20,000 nucleotides of DNA, taken from sequence record SRR31156797_1217. The stretch is one strand, 5' to 3'. A model generated the notes under the pieces. That model was given only the letters and a program-made list of their open reading frames with translations. It had not been told where the DNA came from and did not search any database. Shown piece by piece: positions 1 to 8,359 of the stretch. Every line of letters starts with the position of its first letter. The stretch's first letter is position 1. The position numbers and the translations under genes were made by a program.

Positions 1-650
1 ACTGCGTCAGCGACGGAAAGCAATCCTTTTGAACACAGGCGGTACTCACGAAAAAGGTTAGAGATATCCCAACCTGTCTGGATAATATCTGCCAATATCT
101 GTTGCTCTGCTTCTGTACCACTTACATTATTTTTGAGCTGAACAAACAGATCCCGTCGCCCTTCATCAATCCCATTGGCCACTTCAACCTGATCAAGAAA
201 TGAATTACGAATTTCCTTCAGCCTTTCAGGGTCATTCTCAGACACGCCCCTGATAACCGTGTTAATCCGCAGACTGCCTCGCAGAATATTTTCGGCTATA
301 TCGTTGAGCGCAGTGACACCAAGGGTTAGACGCAGAACAGCGAACTGAATTTTCGATTCGCCTTCCTCCACCATCTTAGCGAGTTCTATCTCTTCGGCCT
401 GACTCAGAAGACGCTGACTCCCCATCTCACGGAGGTAAATGTTCATGGGGTCGATACTCGTCCCCTCACCCCGCCGGTCGGTACTCCGTCGCTCCTCACC
501 AGAACGTCTTTCTACCCTCTTCCGCCGCTCTTTCACCACTTTTTTGGTCACTTTTTTGGTCACTTTTTTGGTCGCCGTTTCTTGATCCTTTTTAGCATTA
601 AGATTGCCCTTTACTGCATCTTTTTCAACACGAACATGCGTACTATCCAT
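1..650 (-). CDS. rpoD: RNA polymerase primary sigma-70 factor, 5' part (runs off the window start)
   Basis: Not in the ORF track; translated manually. ATG at 650 follows an SD-like GGGTGAGG, and the frame is open to position 1. Protein MDSTHVRVEK... contains sigma-70 region 1.2 (DPMNIYLREMGSQRLLSQAEEIELAKMVEEG) followed by a non-conserved-region-like segment. Lies directly downstream of dnaG, the classic dnaG-rpoD order. Confidence 0.9.
   Translation of the reverse strand, partial: MDSTHVRVEKDAVKGNLNAKKDQETATKKVTKKVTKKVVKERRKRVERRSGEERRSTDRRGEGTSIDPMNIYLREMGSQRLLSQAEEIELAKMVEEGESKIQFAVLRLTLGVTALNDIAENILRGSLRINTVIRGVSENDPERLKEIRNSFLDQVEVANGIDEGRRDLFVQLKNNVSGTEAEQQILADIIQTGWDISNLFREYRLCSKGLLSVADA
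537..572. repeat. Perfect 12-bp tandem repeat x3 (CACTTTTTTGGT), encoding TKKV x3 in the RpoD N-terminus
   Basis: Units at 537-548, 549-560 and 561-572, read directly from the sequence. Confidence 0.95.
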
Positions 651-870
651 TACCTCACCCCAAGATAACAATCCAAGTTATGAAAAAGAAGCTTTGACCA
701 AGCAGCCCCTGAAAAGGCAATAAAAAATGCAACATCAGCCAGTTAGAGGCCCGCAGCCCTTAAGACACGTAACTATCTAATTACACGACATTTTACGAAA
801 AAAAAAACGTATCCTCAAACCCACACCCAAATAAATACAATTTTGTAAGCTACCAGATTTTCACATTTTT

Positions 871-2670
871 TCAACAGGTTATATCAGGACCTCGTCCTTT
901 TTCTCTCAGAATCATTTTTTTCTTCAAAAGTTCCATCAACAATCCAGTATCTCCCCTTTGCTCAGCATCCCTGATTTGTTCTTGAAGGCGAAGGCCTTCC
1001 TCCTGATCTGAGACACTTTTAAGCCATCGCACTAACTCATGCAGCATACCATGCACCATCTCTTTATTTCTTTCGCTGCCTGCCCCGCCTTCGCTCATGA
1101 GCAATTCTGCTACATACTTGCGTTCCTTCTCTTCCACCAACAATGTCAGCAACTGCTCCGGAGCATTACTTCCCTCTCCCTGCAGCCTCTCGAGCAAAGC
1201 GATAATACGCTGCGATATATCTCCCTTAACGACCATTCGCATGCCAGCTTCCTGCAATTGATCCAAATATTCAGGATAAAGGATAAGAAATTCGATTAAC
1301 TGTCGTTCCTGCCGTGGCAAGTTAAGAAACCCTCCTTTTACAGGAATCGACCTCACAGGAGGCGGCTCAACGATCTTTCCGTCCATAAACTGTCCAGGAT
1401 CAAGCCCCAGTTTCTCGCTAAAATGGGCAACCATCAGCGCCTTTTGAGAGACATCTGCGGCCTCCTGCAACACAGGTTTCAACTCTTGGATAATCTTGGC
1501 TTTTCCATTAAGGTTCAACCCGTGTTGCTGCACAAGAGTGTCAAAGAAAAACTCTGCCAGGGGACGGGCAGCATCAACGTGTTTCATAATAGCGGCCTGC
1601 CCCTTTTCTCTTACCAGGCTATCGGGATCCTGCCCCTGGGGTAAAACTGCAATGCGGCAATCGAGCTGTTCTGCAAGAAAAAAAGGAATACTGCGCATCG
1701 CCGCCTTCAACCCAGCGGCATCAGCATCAAACAGCAAAACAACCTCGCTGCAATAGCCTCTAAGCGTCTTGACATGGTGCTTTGTCAGCGATGTCCCCAG
1801 AGGTGCCACGACGTTATCTACTCCATGTACAGCCAGCAACAACAGGTCAAAGTTCCCTTCTACAACCAGCGCAGTCCGAGCTTTTCTGATTGCCTCCTTA
1901 TGTTGATACAGTCCGAAAAGAAGACGATTTTTTTCAAAAACAAGACTTTCCGGGGAATTCATGTACTTGGGTTTACCTTCACCAATAATACGCCCACCAA
2001 AAGCGACCACTCTGCCCGTCATATCAAGAAGAGGAAACATGATCCGAGAACGAAACCGATCATAAAAACCTCCCCTCTCTTTCTCGACTGCCAGGCCTGC
2101 TTTTTCAATCGCCTTTTGCGATAGGGACAGTCTGCGCAGTTTATCTGTCTGATAACTCCACCCTACAACATCCACAGACGGAGCAAATCCAAGCCGGTAC
2201 TTTTCCACAAAAGTACTAGGAACGCCTCTCTGCTCAAGATACTTCCTTGCTGCAGCAGCCCCCTCACCACTGGCGAGGCAACGTTGGTATAGGTCTACAG
2301 CTGCCTCATTAACTGTATACAAAGACTCACGCTCTTGGAGACGTTTTTTGTCCCCCTGGCTCATATTCTTTTCTGGCAAGGCAATCTGATATTTATCGGC
2401 CAGAGTTTTCAGCGCTTCCGGAAATTCCAAATGATGATATTTCATAATAAACGAAAACACATCACCTGATTCACCACAGCCAAAACAATGAAAAAATTGT
2501 CGTTGAGGGTTCACGGAAAAAGAAGGTGTTTTCTCGGAATGAAAAGGGCACAAACCGACAAAACGAGTGCCAGCTTTTTTCAAGGTCACATACTCGTTGA
2601 TCACTTCAACGATATCTGCCGACTCCCGCACTAAACTCTTGATATTATCGCGGATACTATTACTGATCAT
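871..2670 (-). CDS. dnaG: DNA primase
   Basis: CHC2 zinc finger (CPFH..EKTPSF..FHCFGC), YDRFRSRIMFP, FGGR, KYMNSPES and TOPRIM (VEGNFD, FDAD..G, DPD). ATG 2670 (MISNSIRD) is preferred over the ORF-track TTG at 2700. Confidence 0.97.
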   Translation of the reverse strand: MISNSIRDNIKSLVRESADIVEVINEYVTLKKAGTRFVGLCPFHSEKTPSFSVNPQRQFFHCFGCGESGDVFSFIMKYHHLEFPEALKTLADKYQIALPEKNMSQGDKKRLQERESLYTVNEAAVDLYQRCLASGEGAAAARKYLEQRGVPSTFVEKYRLGFAPSVDVVGWSYQTDKLRRLSLSQKAIEKAGLAVEKERGGFYDRFRSRIMFPLLDMTGRVVAFGGRIIGEGKPKYMNSPESLVFEKNRLLFGLYQHKEAIRKARTALVVEGNFDLLLLAVHGVDNVVAPLGTSLTKHHVKTLRGYCSEVVLLFDADAAGLKAAMRSIPFFLAEQLDCRIAVLPQGQDPDSLVREKGQAAIMKHVDAARPLAEFFFDTLVQQHGLNLNGKAKIIQELKPVLQEAADVSQKALMVAHFSEKLGLDPGQFMDGKIVEPPPVRSIPVKGGFLNLPRQERQLIEFLILYPEYLDQLQEAGMRMVVKGDISQRIIALLERLQGEGSNAPEQLLTLLVEEKERKYVAELLMSEGGAGSERNKEMVHGMLHELVRWLKSVSDQEEGLRLQEQIRDAEQRGDTGLLMELLKKKMILREKGRGPDITC

Positions 2671-2781
2671 AGCAAAACTGACTACATCCCCTGGCTGCAA
2701 TGAAAAAAGTCTTCACGGTACAGTAGATTTCTTTTAAAATAATGAGTACCTATTAGATACACTTACAGATGCCAAAACGGC

Positions 2782-2809
2782 TTGACGTTACAGTTCCGGC
2801 AGCTAAATT
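2782..2809 (+). promoter_or_regulatory. Candidate sigma-70 promoter for the 2918 gene
   Basis: TTGACG-N16-TAAATT in the divergent intergenic region; consensus match only. Confidence 0.3.
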
Positions 2810-2917
2810 TACACACACAGTGCCTGATTGATTTTTCTCAAGGCACAGGCCCCCATATATTGACAGCAAACCAGACACGTTCCAAAGCATTTCTTTTTAC
2901 TTCCATTAACCATTCTC

Positions 2918-3643
2918 ATGACTGAACTTGACCAAATCCTTTCCCTGGAATTTAAAAAAGAGATTGCAGATCGTTATTTTGGATTTCGCAAATTAATCGA
3001 AGATGACATCCATGCCTATAATGAACAACTCCTTGTCTCGTTCCGCCACCTTGAACAAACCATAGGCTTAGACCTTATAAGGCTCTACATCCTTCTCAAC
3101 CAGCCAAAATTGGTTGAAAAATTTTCCGCGATCACCGGTCTTGACGATAACATTTTTTTCGACCCTTACCTGCTGGAATCACCATCCATCAGAAAAAGAG
3201 TGTTCTATGGCTATCGGGGCAAAGGATTGACAAAACGAAGACGATTCACCCGTCTCTTCCTGGAAATCTACAATGAACTCGATCAATACCTGGAAAGCTA
3301 CGATTTTACCCTACAAAAACTCATCAGTGAGCAGGAAACCATCACTGAAGAAATCAAATTGTTTTACAGAAACAACGACTTAAGCTCCATTTTGGGATTT
3401 TTCAGAAACCTCGACTCCGAGGGCTTGGCACCATCTCTTGCAGCTTCAGGAGAAATACAAGCTGAAGGCGATGCACGACTCGCCAACAAAATGCGTGTCC
3501 AGCAGCCTCAGACGGTTGATAAAATTCTGCCTGTCATGAAACCACTCAAATCTTTTAAAAGTATTAAGTCACCGCTTATTCAACTCATCCACCAAGCCTT
3601 TGACCAACAAGGGCGACCGGACACGCAGCTCATCTGCAATTAA
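2918..3643 (+). CDS. Hypothetical soluble helical protein (241 aa)
   Basis: Long ORF with protein-like composition, ending 6 bp before the antiporter start. No family recognised. Confidence 0.8.
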   Translation: MTELDQILSLEFKKEIADRYFGFRKLIEDDIHAYNEQLLVSFRHLEQTIGLDLIRLYILLNQPKLVEKFSAITGLDDNIFFDPYLLESPSIRKRVFYGYRGKGLTKRRRFTRLFLEIYNELDQYLESYDFTLQKLISEQETITEEIKLFYRNNDLSSILGFFRNLDSEGLAPSLAASGEIQAEGDARLANKMRVQQPQTVDKILPVMKPLKSFKSIKSPLIQLIHQAFDQQGRPDTQLICN

Positions 3644-3649
3644 TTTCAT

Positions 3650-4603
3650 ATGGACAATTTTCCATCGCTTTTTTCCGCACTGGGAGCAGTACTTACAGGC
3701 CTACTCATGCTCGTTGCGGGGGGAGAATCTCTTGTGCACGGATCAACCCGGCTTGCGCAACGACTGCAGATGCCTGCCTACCTTATCGGCTTGACAGTGG
3801 TTGCCTTCGGCACATCAGTTCCTGAACTTTTCATAAGCCTGACAGCCTCATTCCAGGGGCATCCCGACATTATGATAGGCAACGTCATTGGCAGCAACAT
3901 TGCTAATGTGGGGCTCATCATGGGATCCTGCGCTCTTCTGGCCCCTCTACAGATGGACCTCAAAGAAGTATGGACAGAACTGTTGATAGTCATTGCAGCC
4001 AGCATATTCCTGATTTTTTGCAGCGGGTACGGAGTGTTTCCACGCATTGTCGGCATCATGTTCATCATTAGCCTGGTAGGATACACCTACTTGACATACG
4101 CTAACCATAACAACGGGCTTCCCCAAGACCATAAACAACAAAACAGAGCATCGTCACGATACGCGCCCCTTTTCATTCTCCTGTTTATCGTTACCGGGCT
4201 TGTTTTATTGGCAATTGGTGCCACAGTTTTTATTGAAGGTGCGGTAAGCGTTGCCAGATTTTTCGGGATAAGTGAACTGGTCATAGGCTTGACTCTGGCA
4301 GCAGTGGGAACATCGCTGCCGGAACTTGCAGCGAGTATTGCAGCGCTTCGCCAAAAGGAAACAGCGCTCCTGCTCGGCAACATTATCGGTTCCAATATGT
4401 TCAACCTGCTGATGGTACTGGGCCTTACAGGCCTGATCAAACCATTTGCCATTGACCAGGCACTTTTACAGCGGGATCTTCCGGTCATGTTTGCCTTTAC
4501 CATTGTCATCATCCCCATACTACTCAAGGACGGCAGAACAAGAAAGTGGCATGGTATTTTGCTCCTCTGCGCTTACACAGGGTACTGCATAAGCCTTCTT
4601 TAG
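3650..4603 (+). CDS. Calcium/sodium antiporter (CaCA superfamily, YrbG-like)
   Basis: Two alpha repeats, GLTVVAFGTSVPE..GNVIGSNIAN and GLTLAAVGTSLPE..GNIIGSNMFN, plus about 10 hydrophobic segments. Confidence 0.95.
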   Translation: MDNFPSLFSALGAVLTGLLMLVAGGESLVHGSTRLAQRLQMPAYLIGLTVVAFGTSVPELFISLTASFQGHPDIMIGNVIGSNIANVGLIMGSCALLAPLQMDLKEVWTELLIVIAASIFLIFCSGYGVFPRIVGIMFIISLVGYTYLTYANHNNGLPQDHKQQNRASSRYAPLFILLFIVTGLVLLAIGATVFIEGAVSVARFFGISELVIGLTLAAVGTSLPELAASIAALRQKETALLLGNIIGSNMFNLLMVLGLTGLIKPFAIDQALLQRDLPVMFAFTIVIIPILLKDGRTRKWHGILLLCAYTGYCISLL

Positions 4604-4628
4604 AGCACAGCAGAGGCAAGAAAAAGGA

Positions 4629-6071
4629 TTAGTGCTTCACCCATTCTTCCATACGCTCAAGGGGAAAAATACAGTTTGTCTGAAAATCAACACTGCATGC
4701 TCCCTGCTCTTCAACACCTTGGTGAATAACAGACACTGGGCGATCTGAAGAGACAACCACAACAATGATATTTGCATGTTCGGCCGTGAAACGCAGCGCC
4801 GAGTTATAACGGGCACCTCTGGCAAGATCCTCACCAGCAAAGGAACGACCGTCCAAAAGACAGGCAAAACCATGAAGATGCTGATCTGCACCAATATGCA
4901 GCGCGCCGTCAACCTTTGCCAGCGACTTCGCCAAATTCAAGGTATGGGGTTTGCGCAAATCCAGTGAGGGAACAATTTTTTGTCCGGAAATATTTATAGG
5001 CAGCCGATTGAGATCAAGCACAATGGTGCAGCCATGCTTACGAAGCTGAGCATGATGTACGAGACTCACCGCAATTTTAAACAAAAAATAACAATCAGCT
5101 TTATCCAGAGTAGACTCAAGCAGCAGCTCTTCAAGCTGGACCAGCTTCGCCTGAAAGGTGGTTGAACCAAACCGACCACCGGCAAAGCTGCATACTTTAT
5201 TCTTGTTTACCTTAAGAAAACCGTGTCTGCCTTTAAAATCAGCTCGTATCGAAAAAGGCGGCAGGGTTGCATCACAAATACCAAGAATGAAACGACCATC
5301 GCTCACCAGTCGCCTACTTGAGTTATCCACCGAAAGTAATAATTTACACACATGCTTATTATTAGCCAATAGTGGCCGCTCCTTGTCCTCAAACTTGACT
5401 AAGAACTGAAGACAATCAACCATACTTGGATCGACAAACAATAACTGTCCTTCCGGCCACAGCCCCTCTTCGCGTGTCTCTGAAATTCTAAGGATGGCAT
5501 CCAAAACCGGATAAATACGGATAAGAGAATCCCATCCCAGCAGCATATTCATCTCATCTACAAGGTGATCCCGAACAGCATGAGTGGCGTACTCTCTTAA
5601 AAAATACCCGGATATCCCTGTATACAGTTCCTTTTCATTCGCCATATCGTGGGAAAAACGCCAAACTGCATGTTCCAGCCAGCGCTCTGTTGGCCCGGTG
5701 GAACAAAGGTCTGGATGATGCTCTGTGAACCAACGCTGAAAAAATAACGCTCCGGAATAGCCTCCATTGGAAAGCAAACCTGCCAGCCCGAGATCCTTAA
5801 CTGCATGTATTTCTGCAAAGCGCCTTTTATCAGCAGGAACAATAACGTCATTCCGCCACTGCTGGTCATCGAGATACAGTGCTTTAAAAACAGGCTCATG
5901 GCCCTTGAGCAGATTCTGCGGATCACATACCATCAAAGGTTCATATGGGCCAAGTGCAAAAATAACAGCTGCTCGACTGACACCGGAAAAATGAGAGAGC
6001 CCGTCACTCAACCCATTTAAAATATCACTGGCACAGCGCTTCAAAAAAGAATTTGCGATCTCACTCACCAT
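4629..6071 (-). CDS. DisA_N (diadenylate cyclase, DAC) domain protein with a long N-terminal putative sensor region
   Basis: C-terminal HGCTIV..LAKVDGALHI..FACLLDG..RGARYNSALRF..VVVVSSD matches the DAC fold motifs. The start is uncertain: ATG 6071, ATG 6083 or the ORF-track start at 6122. Confidence 0.85.
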   Translation of the reverse strand: MVSEIANSFLKRCASDILNGLSDGLSHFSGVSRAAVIFALGPYEPLMVCDPQNLLKGHEPVFKALYLDDQQWRNDVIVPADKRRFAEIHAVKDLGLAGLLSNGGYSGALFFQRWFTEHHPDLCSTGPTERWLEHAVWRFSHDMANEKELYTGISGYFLREYATHAVRDHLVDEMNMLLGWDSLIRIYPVLDAILRISETREEGLWPEGQLLFVDPSMVDCLQFLVKFEDKERPLLANNKHVCKLLLSVDNSSRRLVSDGRFILGICDATLPPFSIRADFKGRHGFLKVNKNKVCSFAGGRFGSTTFQAKLVQLEELLLESTLDKADCYFLFKIAVSLVHHAQLRKHGCTIVLDLNRLPINISGQKIVPSLDLRKPHTLNLAKSLAKVDGALHIGADQHLHGFACLLDGRSFAGEDLARGARYNSALRFTAEHANIIVVVVSSDRPVSVIHQGVEEQGACSVDFQTNCIFPLERMEEWVKH

Positions 6072-6131
6072 GGGCGATAACATTCTCCATTTATAACCAT
6101 TTTCCCCCCTCAAACCACGCAACTAAAATCA

Positions 6132-6161
6132 AGGGTAACAAATCCGCGATTCGCGCGTCAA
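6132..6161 (-). promoter_or_regulatory. Candidate sigma-70 promoter of the DAC gene
   Basis: Minus strand reads TTGACG-N18-TACCCT with an extended -10 TG. Confidence 0.4.
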
Positions 6162-6463
6162 GGTGATATTTGTCCGCCGACTCAGCCATCCTTTGCGCAC
6201 GCCTGAAACTGCATACAAAAAACGACAACGATAGCTTATTACCCTGCTTTCAGGACGATTAAGAATATGCAGGCTGATTTTTGATGACAGCCAAGAACAA
6301 AAAAGACTGGACAAAGTCGGCAACTCTTCTATGGTAACCAACCAAGAGCATAAAGAACAGTTAACTGGGCCCGTCCATAAATAGCCTTTTCACCTAATTT
6401 CGGCGTTGTACTCAAAATTTTATCCTCGGAGGTAAACGTAGGCTCCGATATCATTTATATGTT

Positions 6464-6482
6464 TGTGATACAATTTATCACA
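6464..6482. promoter_or_regulatory. Palindromic candidate transcription-factor site TGTGATA-N5-TATCACA
   Basis: Perfect 7-5-7 inverted repeat in a long AT-rich divergent intergenic region. Confidence 0.5.
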
Positions 6483-6583
6483 CGCCTCGGAGGCTATGCT
6501 TACTTGAACTTAAGCGAAACTCCTCATTTATGGACAGACACTAACGACCAACTATTCCATTCATTATCAACTGACCCCGCACA

Positions 6584-6778
6584 ATGGAAAAACATATTGC
6601 CAAAGAATTAACAGCGATCCTTGATTCACAGCAAGAATCTGACTTTGAAAACGCATTTGAACGGGCATTTGAACTCACCAAAGCCTATGCAGGCTCTGCA
6701 AATGCCCAAGCATCAGCCATCCCCGCTGTGTTTGAGAAGCTCTTTGAGCTTTTCCTTACCGGTTCGACAAAGGCATAA
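6584..6778 (+). CDS. Small hypothetical helical protein (64 aa)
   Basis: ATG-started ORF in an otherwise empty region, amphipathic helical pattern, followed directly by a terminator-like hairpin. Confidence 0.7.
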   Translation: MEKHIAKELTAILDSQQESDFENAFERAFELTKAYAGSANAQASAIPAVFEKLFELFLTGSTKA

Positions 6779-6803
6779 TCAGCTGCCTTTTAATTTTTTT
6801 TTT
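6769..6803 (+). terminator. Intrinsic terminator candidate
   Basis: AAAGGCA-(8 nt)-TGCCTTT stem overlapping the stop codon, followed by TAA and a T10 run. Confidence 0.6.
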
Positions 6804-6864
6804 ACAGTTCCAGAGATGGAATAGCTGATGGCCTCAAAAAAGGATGGACGGAGTGTTCTGCCTG

Positions 6865-7308
6865 CTAATTAAGCTTTGAGTCGGTTTCTTTTTTCAGCAG
6901 CGGCACTTGCAGCAGCTCAATTCCTTCATCCCGCAGCATTTTTTCCTGATCAGCAGTGGTCACACCTCTTATGTTGCGTGGCTCCTCAACCCCATAGTGC
7001 ATTTTCAACGACTCTTCCGCAAGCTTGGCTCCAACATCTTCAAAATTTTTTTCAACAAAATCCTGGAATGAACGCAGAAGCTGCAGCGCAGAGGAGTTGT
7101 TGCCCTCATCCGAGAGACGAGGTACTGCATCTGTCGCTTGAGAACTGGAGCGAATCGATACCGGTGACAGGATTTTGTGAATCCTATCACCCCCGCAATC
7201 CGGACACAGGAGTTCCCCCTCGCTCTGTTGTCGGTCAAAATCGATCCGACTGTCAAACCACCCCTCGAATTGGCACCCGCAAATACATTGTAAATCGAAA
7301 ATGATCAT
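6865..7308 (-). CDS. DUF1178 family zinc-ribbon protein (147 aa)
   Basis: MIIFDLQC..FEGWF..LLCPDCG..IHKILSP and FEDVG..EESLKMHYG..RNIRG..LRDEGI are typical of DUF1178. The true start is ATG 7308; the ORF-track extension to 7464 is probably spurious. Confidence 0.9.
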   Translation of the reverse strand: MIIFDLQCICGCQFEGWFDSRIDFDRQQSEGELLCPDCGGDRIHKILSPVSIRSSSQATDAVPRLSDEGNNSSALQLLRSFQDFVEKNFEDVGAKLAEESLKMHYGVEEPRNIRGVTTADQEKMLRDEGIELLQVPLLKKETDSKLN

Positions 7309-7587
7309 CGCACGAATTCTTTCCCGAGGAGACTCGCCCCTCCCACTTTTGCCACACCCCAAATATCCTGCGCACAGTTCACCGGAATACCTTGCAAAAT
7401 TTGTTACTCTGTATTTTCTTAGCCTGTGATCGGTTTTTCTCTGCCCTCGCTGCCTGCAAGCCAATACAATATTATCTTTTCAGAAGACAGGCAATACTGT
7501 TATCCTGCAGCGGTTACCGTCCGACACCCTTCTGGAGGTCTCGGCCATCCGAAAATCGGTATAGATACCGCACCCCATTGACGACCT

Positions 7588-8355
7588 ATGGATTTAAAAC
7601 AGCTCCAAACTACATTTTTTGTCTTTGGTGCCACGGTGCTAAAAAAACAGTGGAATGCTTTAACAGACCTGCTGCCCATAGTCATGGTTATTGCTTTTTT
7701 TCAGTTAGTTGTCTTTCGGCAGCCGCTCCCCCAATTTACAGAAGTCATTGCAGGCTTTTTTTTAGTCGTTGCTGGGTTAAGCCTCTTCATAGAGGGCCTG
7801 GAAATGGGACTATTCCCCATAGGGGAAACCATGGCACACGGCCTGGCCCAAAAAGGAAGCCTGTTCTGGCTTTTATCCTTTGCCTTTTTACTGGGTTTTT
7901 CGACCACCATTGCAGAACCAGCCCTGATTGCCGTTGCAGATGAGGCGGCAGAGATTGCAGGCCTGGGAGGTCTAATTGCCGACGACAGTACCTCTGAAGC
8001 GAGGTATGCTCTTGGCTTACGACTTTCTGTAGCCCTTTCGGTTGGTTTTGCCATCCTCATAGGAGTGCTGCGAATCATAAAAGGATGGCCTGTGCACTAC
8101 TTGATAATCGGCGGATATTTAATGGTGATGCTCATCACCACCATAGCCCCAAAAGAGATTATCGGCATTGCCTATGACACGGGTGGGGTGACGACTTCCA
8201 CCATCACCGTTCCCCTGGTTGCAGCCCTGGGCGTAGGCCTTGCATCTATCATCCGCGGGCGCAAACCGCTCACAGATGGGTTCGGACTTATCGCTTTTGC
8301 TTCCCTCATGCCAATGATCTTCGTCATGGTCTACGGCCTTATACTCTTTCCCTAA
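7588..8355 (+). CDS. DUF1538 family membrane protein (copy 1)
   Basis: [37 protein letters not shown] and [11 protein letters not shown] motifs; multi-pass hydrophobic. Confidence 0.9.
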   Translation: MDLKQLQTTFFVFGATVLKKQWNALTDLLPIVMVIAFFQLVVFRQPLPQFTEVIAGFFLVVAGLSLFIEGLEMGLFPIGETMAHGLAQKGSLFWLLSFAFLLGFSTTIAEPALIAVADEAAEIAGLGGLIADDSTSEARYALGLRLSVALSVGFAILIGVLRIIKGWPVHYLIIGGYLMVMLITTIAPKEIIGIAYDTGGVTTSTITVPLVAALGVGLASIIRGRKPLTDGFGLIAFASLMPMIFVMVYGLILFP

Positions 8356-8359
8356 TCCC

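Noticed and set aside
1039..2124. Several + strand ORFs of 73-116 aa opposite dnaG
   Set aside because: Antisense shadows of a well-supported gene, with no recognisable motifs.
3778..6020. Short ORFs antisense or out of frame to the antiporter and DAC genes
   Set aside because: Fully nested in confident CDSs, with composition typical of shadow frames.
6170..6230. Possible c-di-GMP-I or c-di-AMP riboswitch upstream of the DAC gene (GCGCAAAG on the minus strand)
   Set aside because: The remaining conserved elements and stems are not identifiable, and it lies upstream of the candidate promoter.
6129..6341. 70-aa minus-strand ORF upstream of the DAC gene
   Set aside because: Non-ATG start, no motif, and it overlaps the candidate promoter.
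6876..7943. 142-aa and 183-aa + strand ORFs, and the 52-aa N-terminal extension of DUF1178
   Set aside because: They overlap DUF1178 or DUF1538 in other frames; the DUF1178 family motif begins at ATG 7308.
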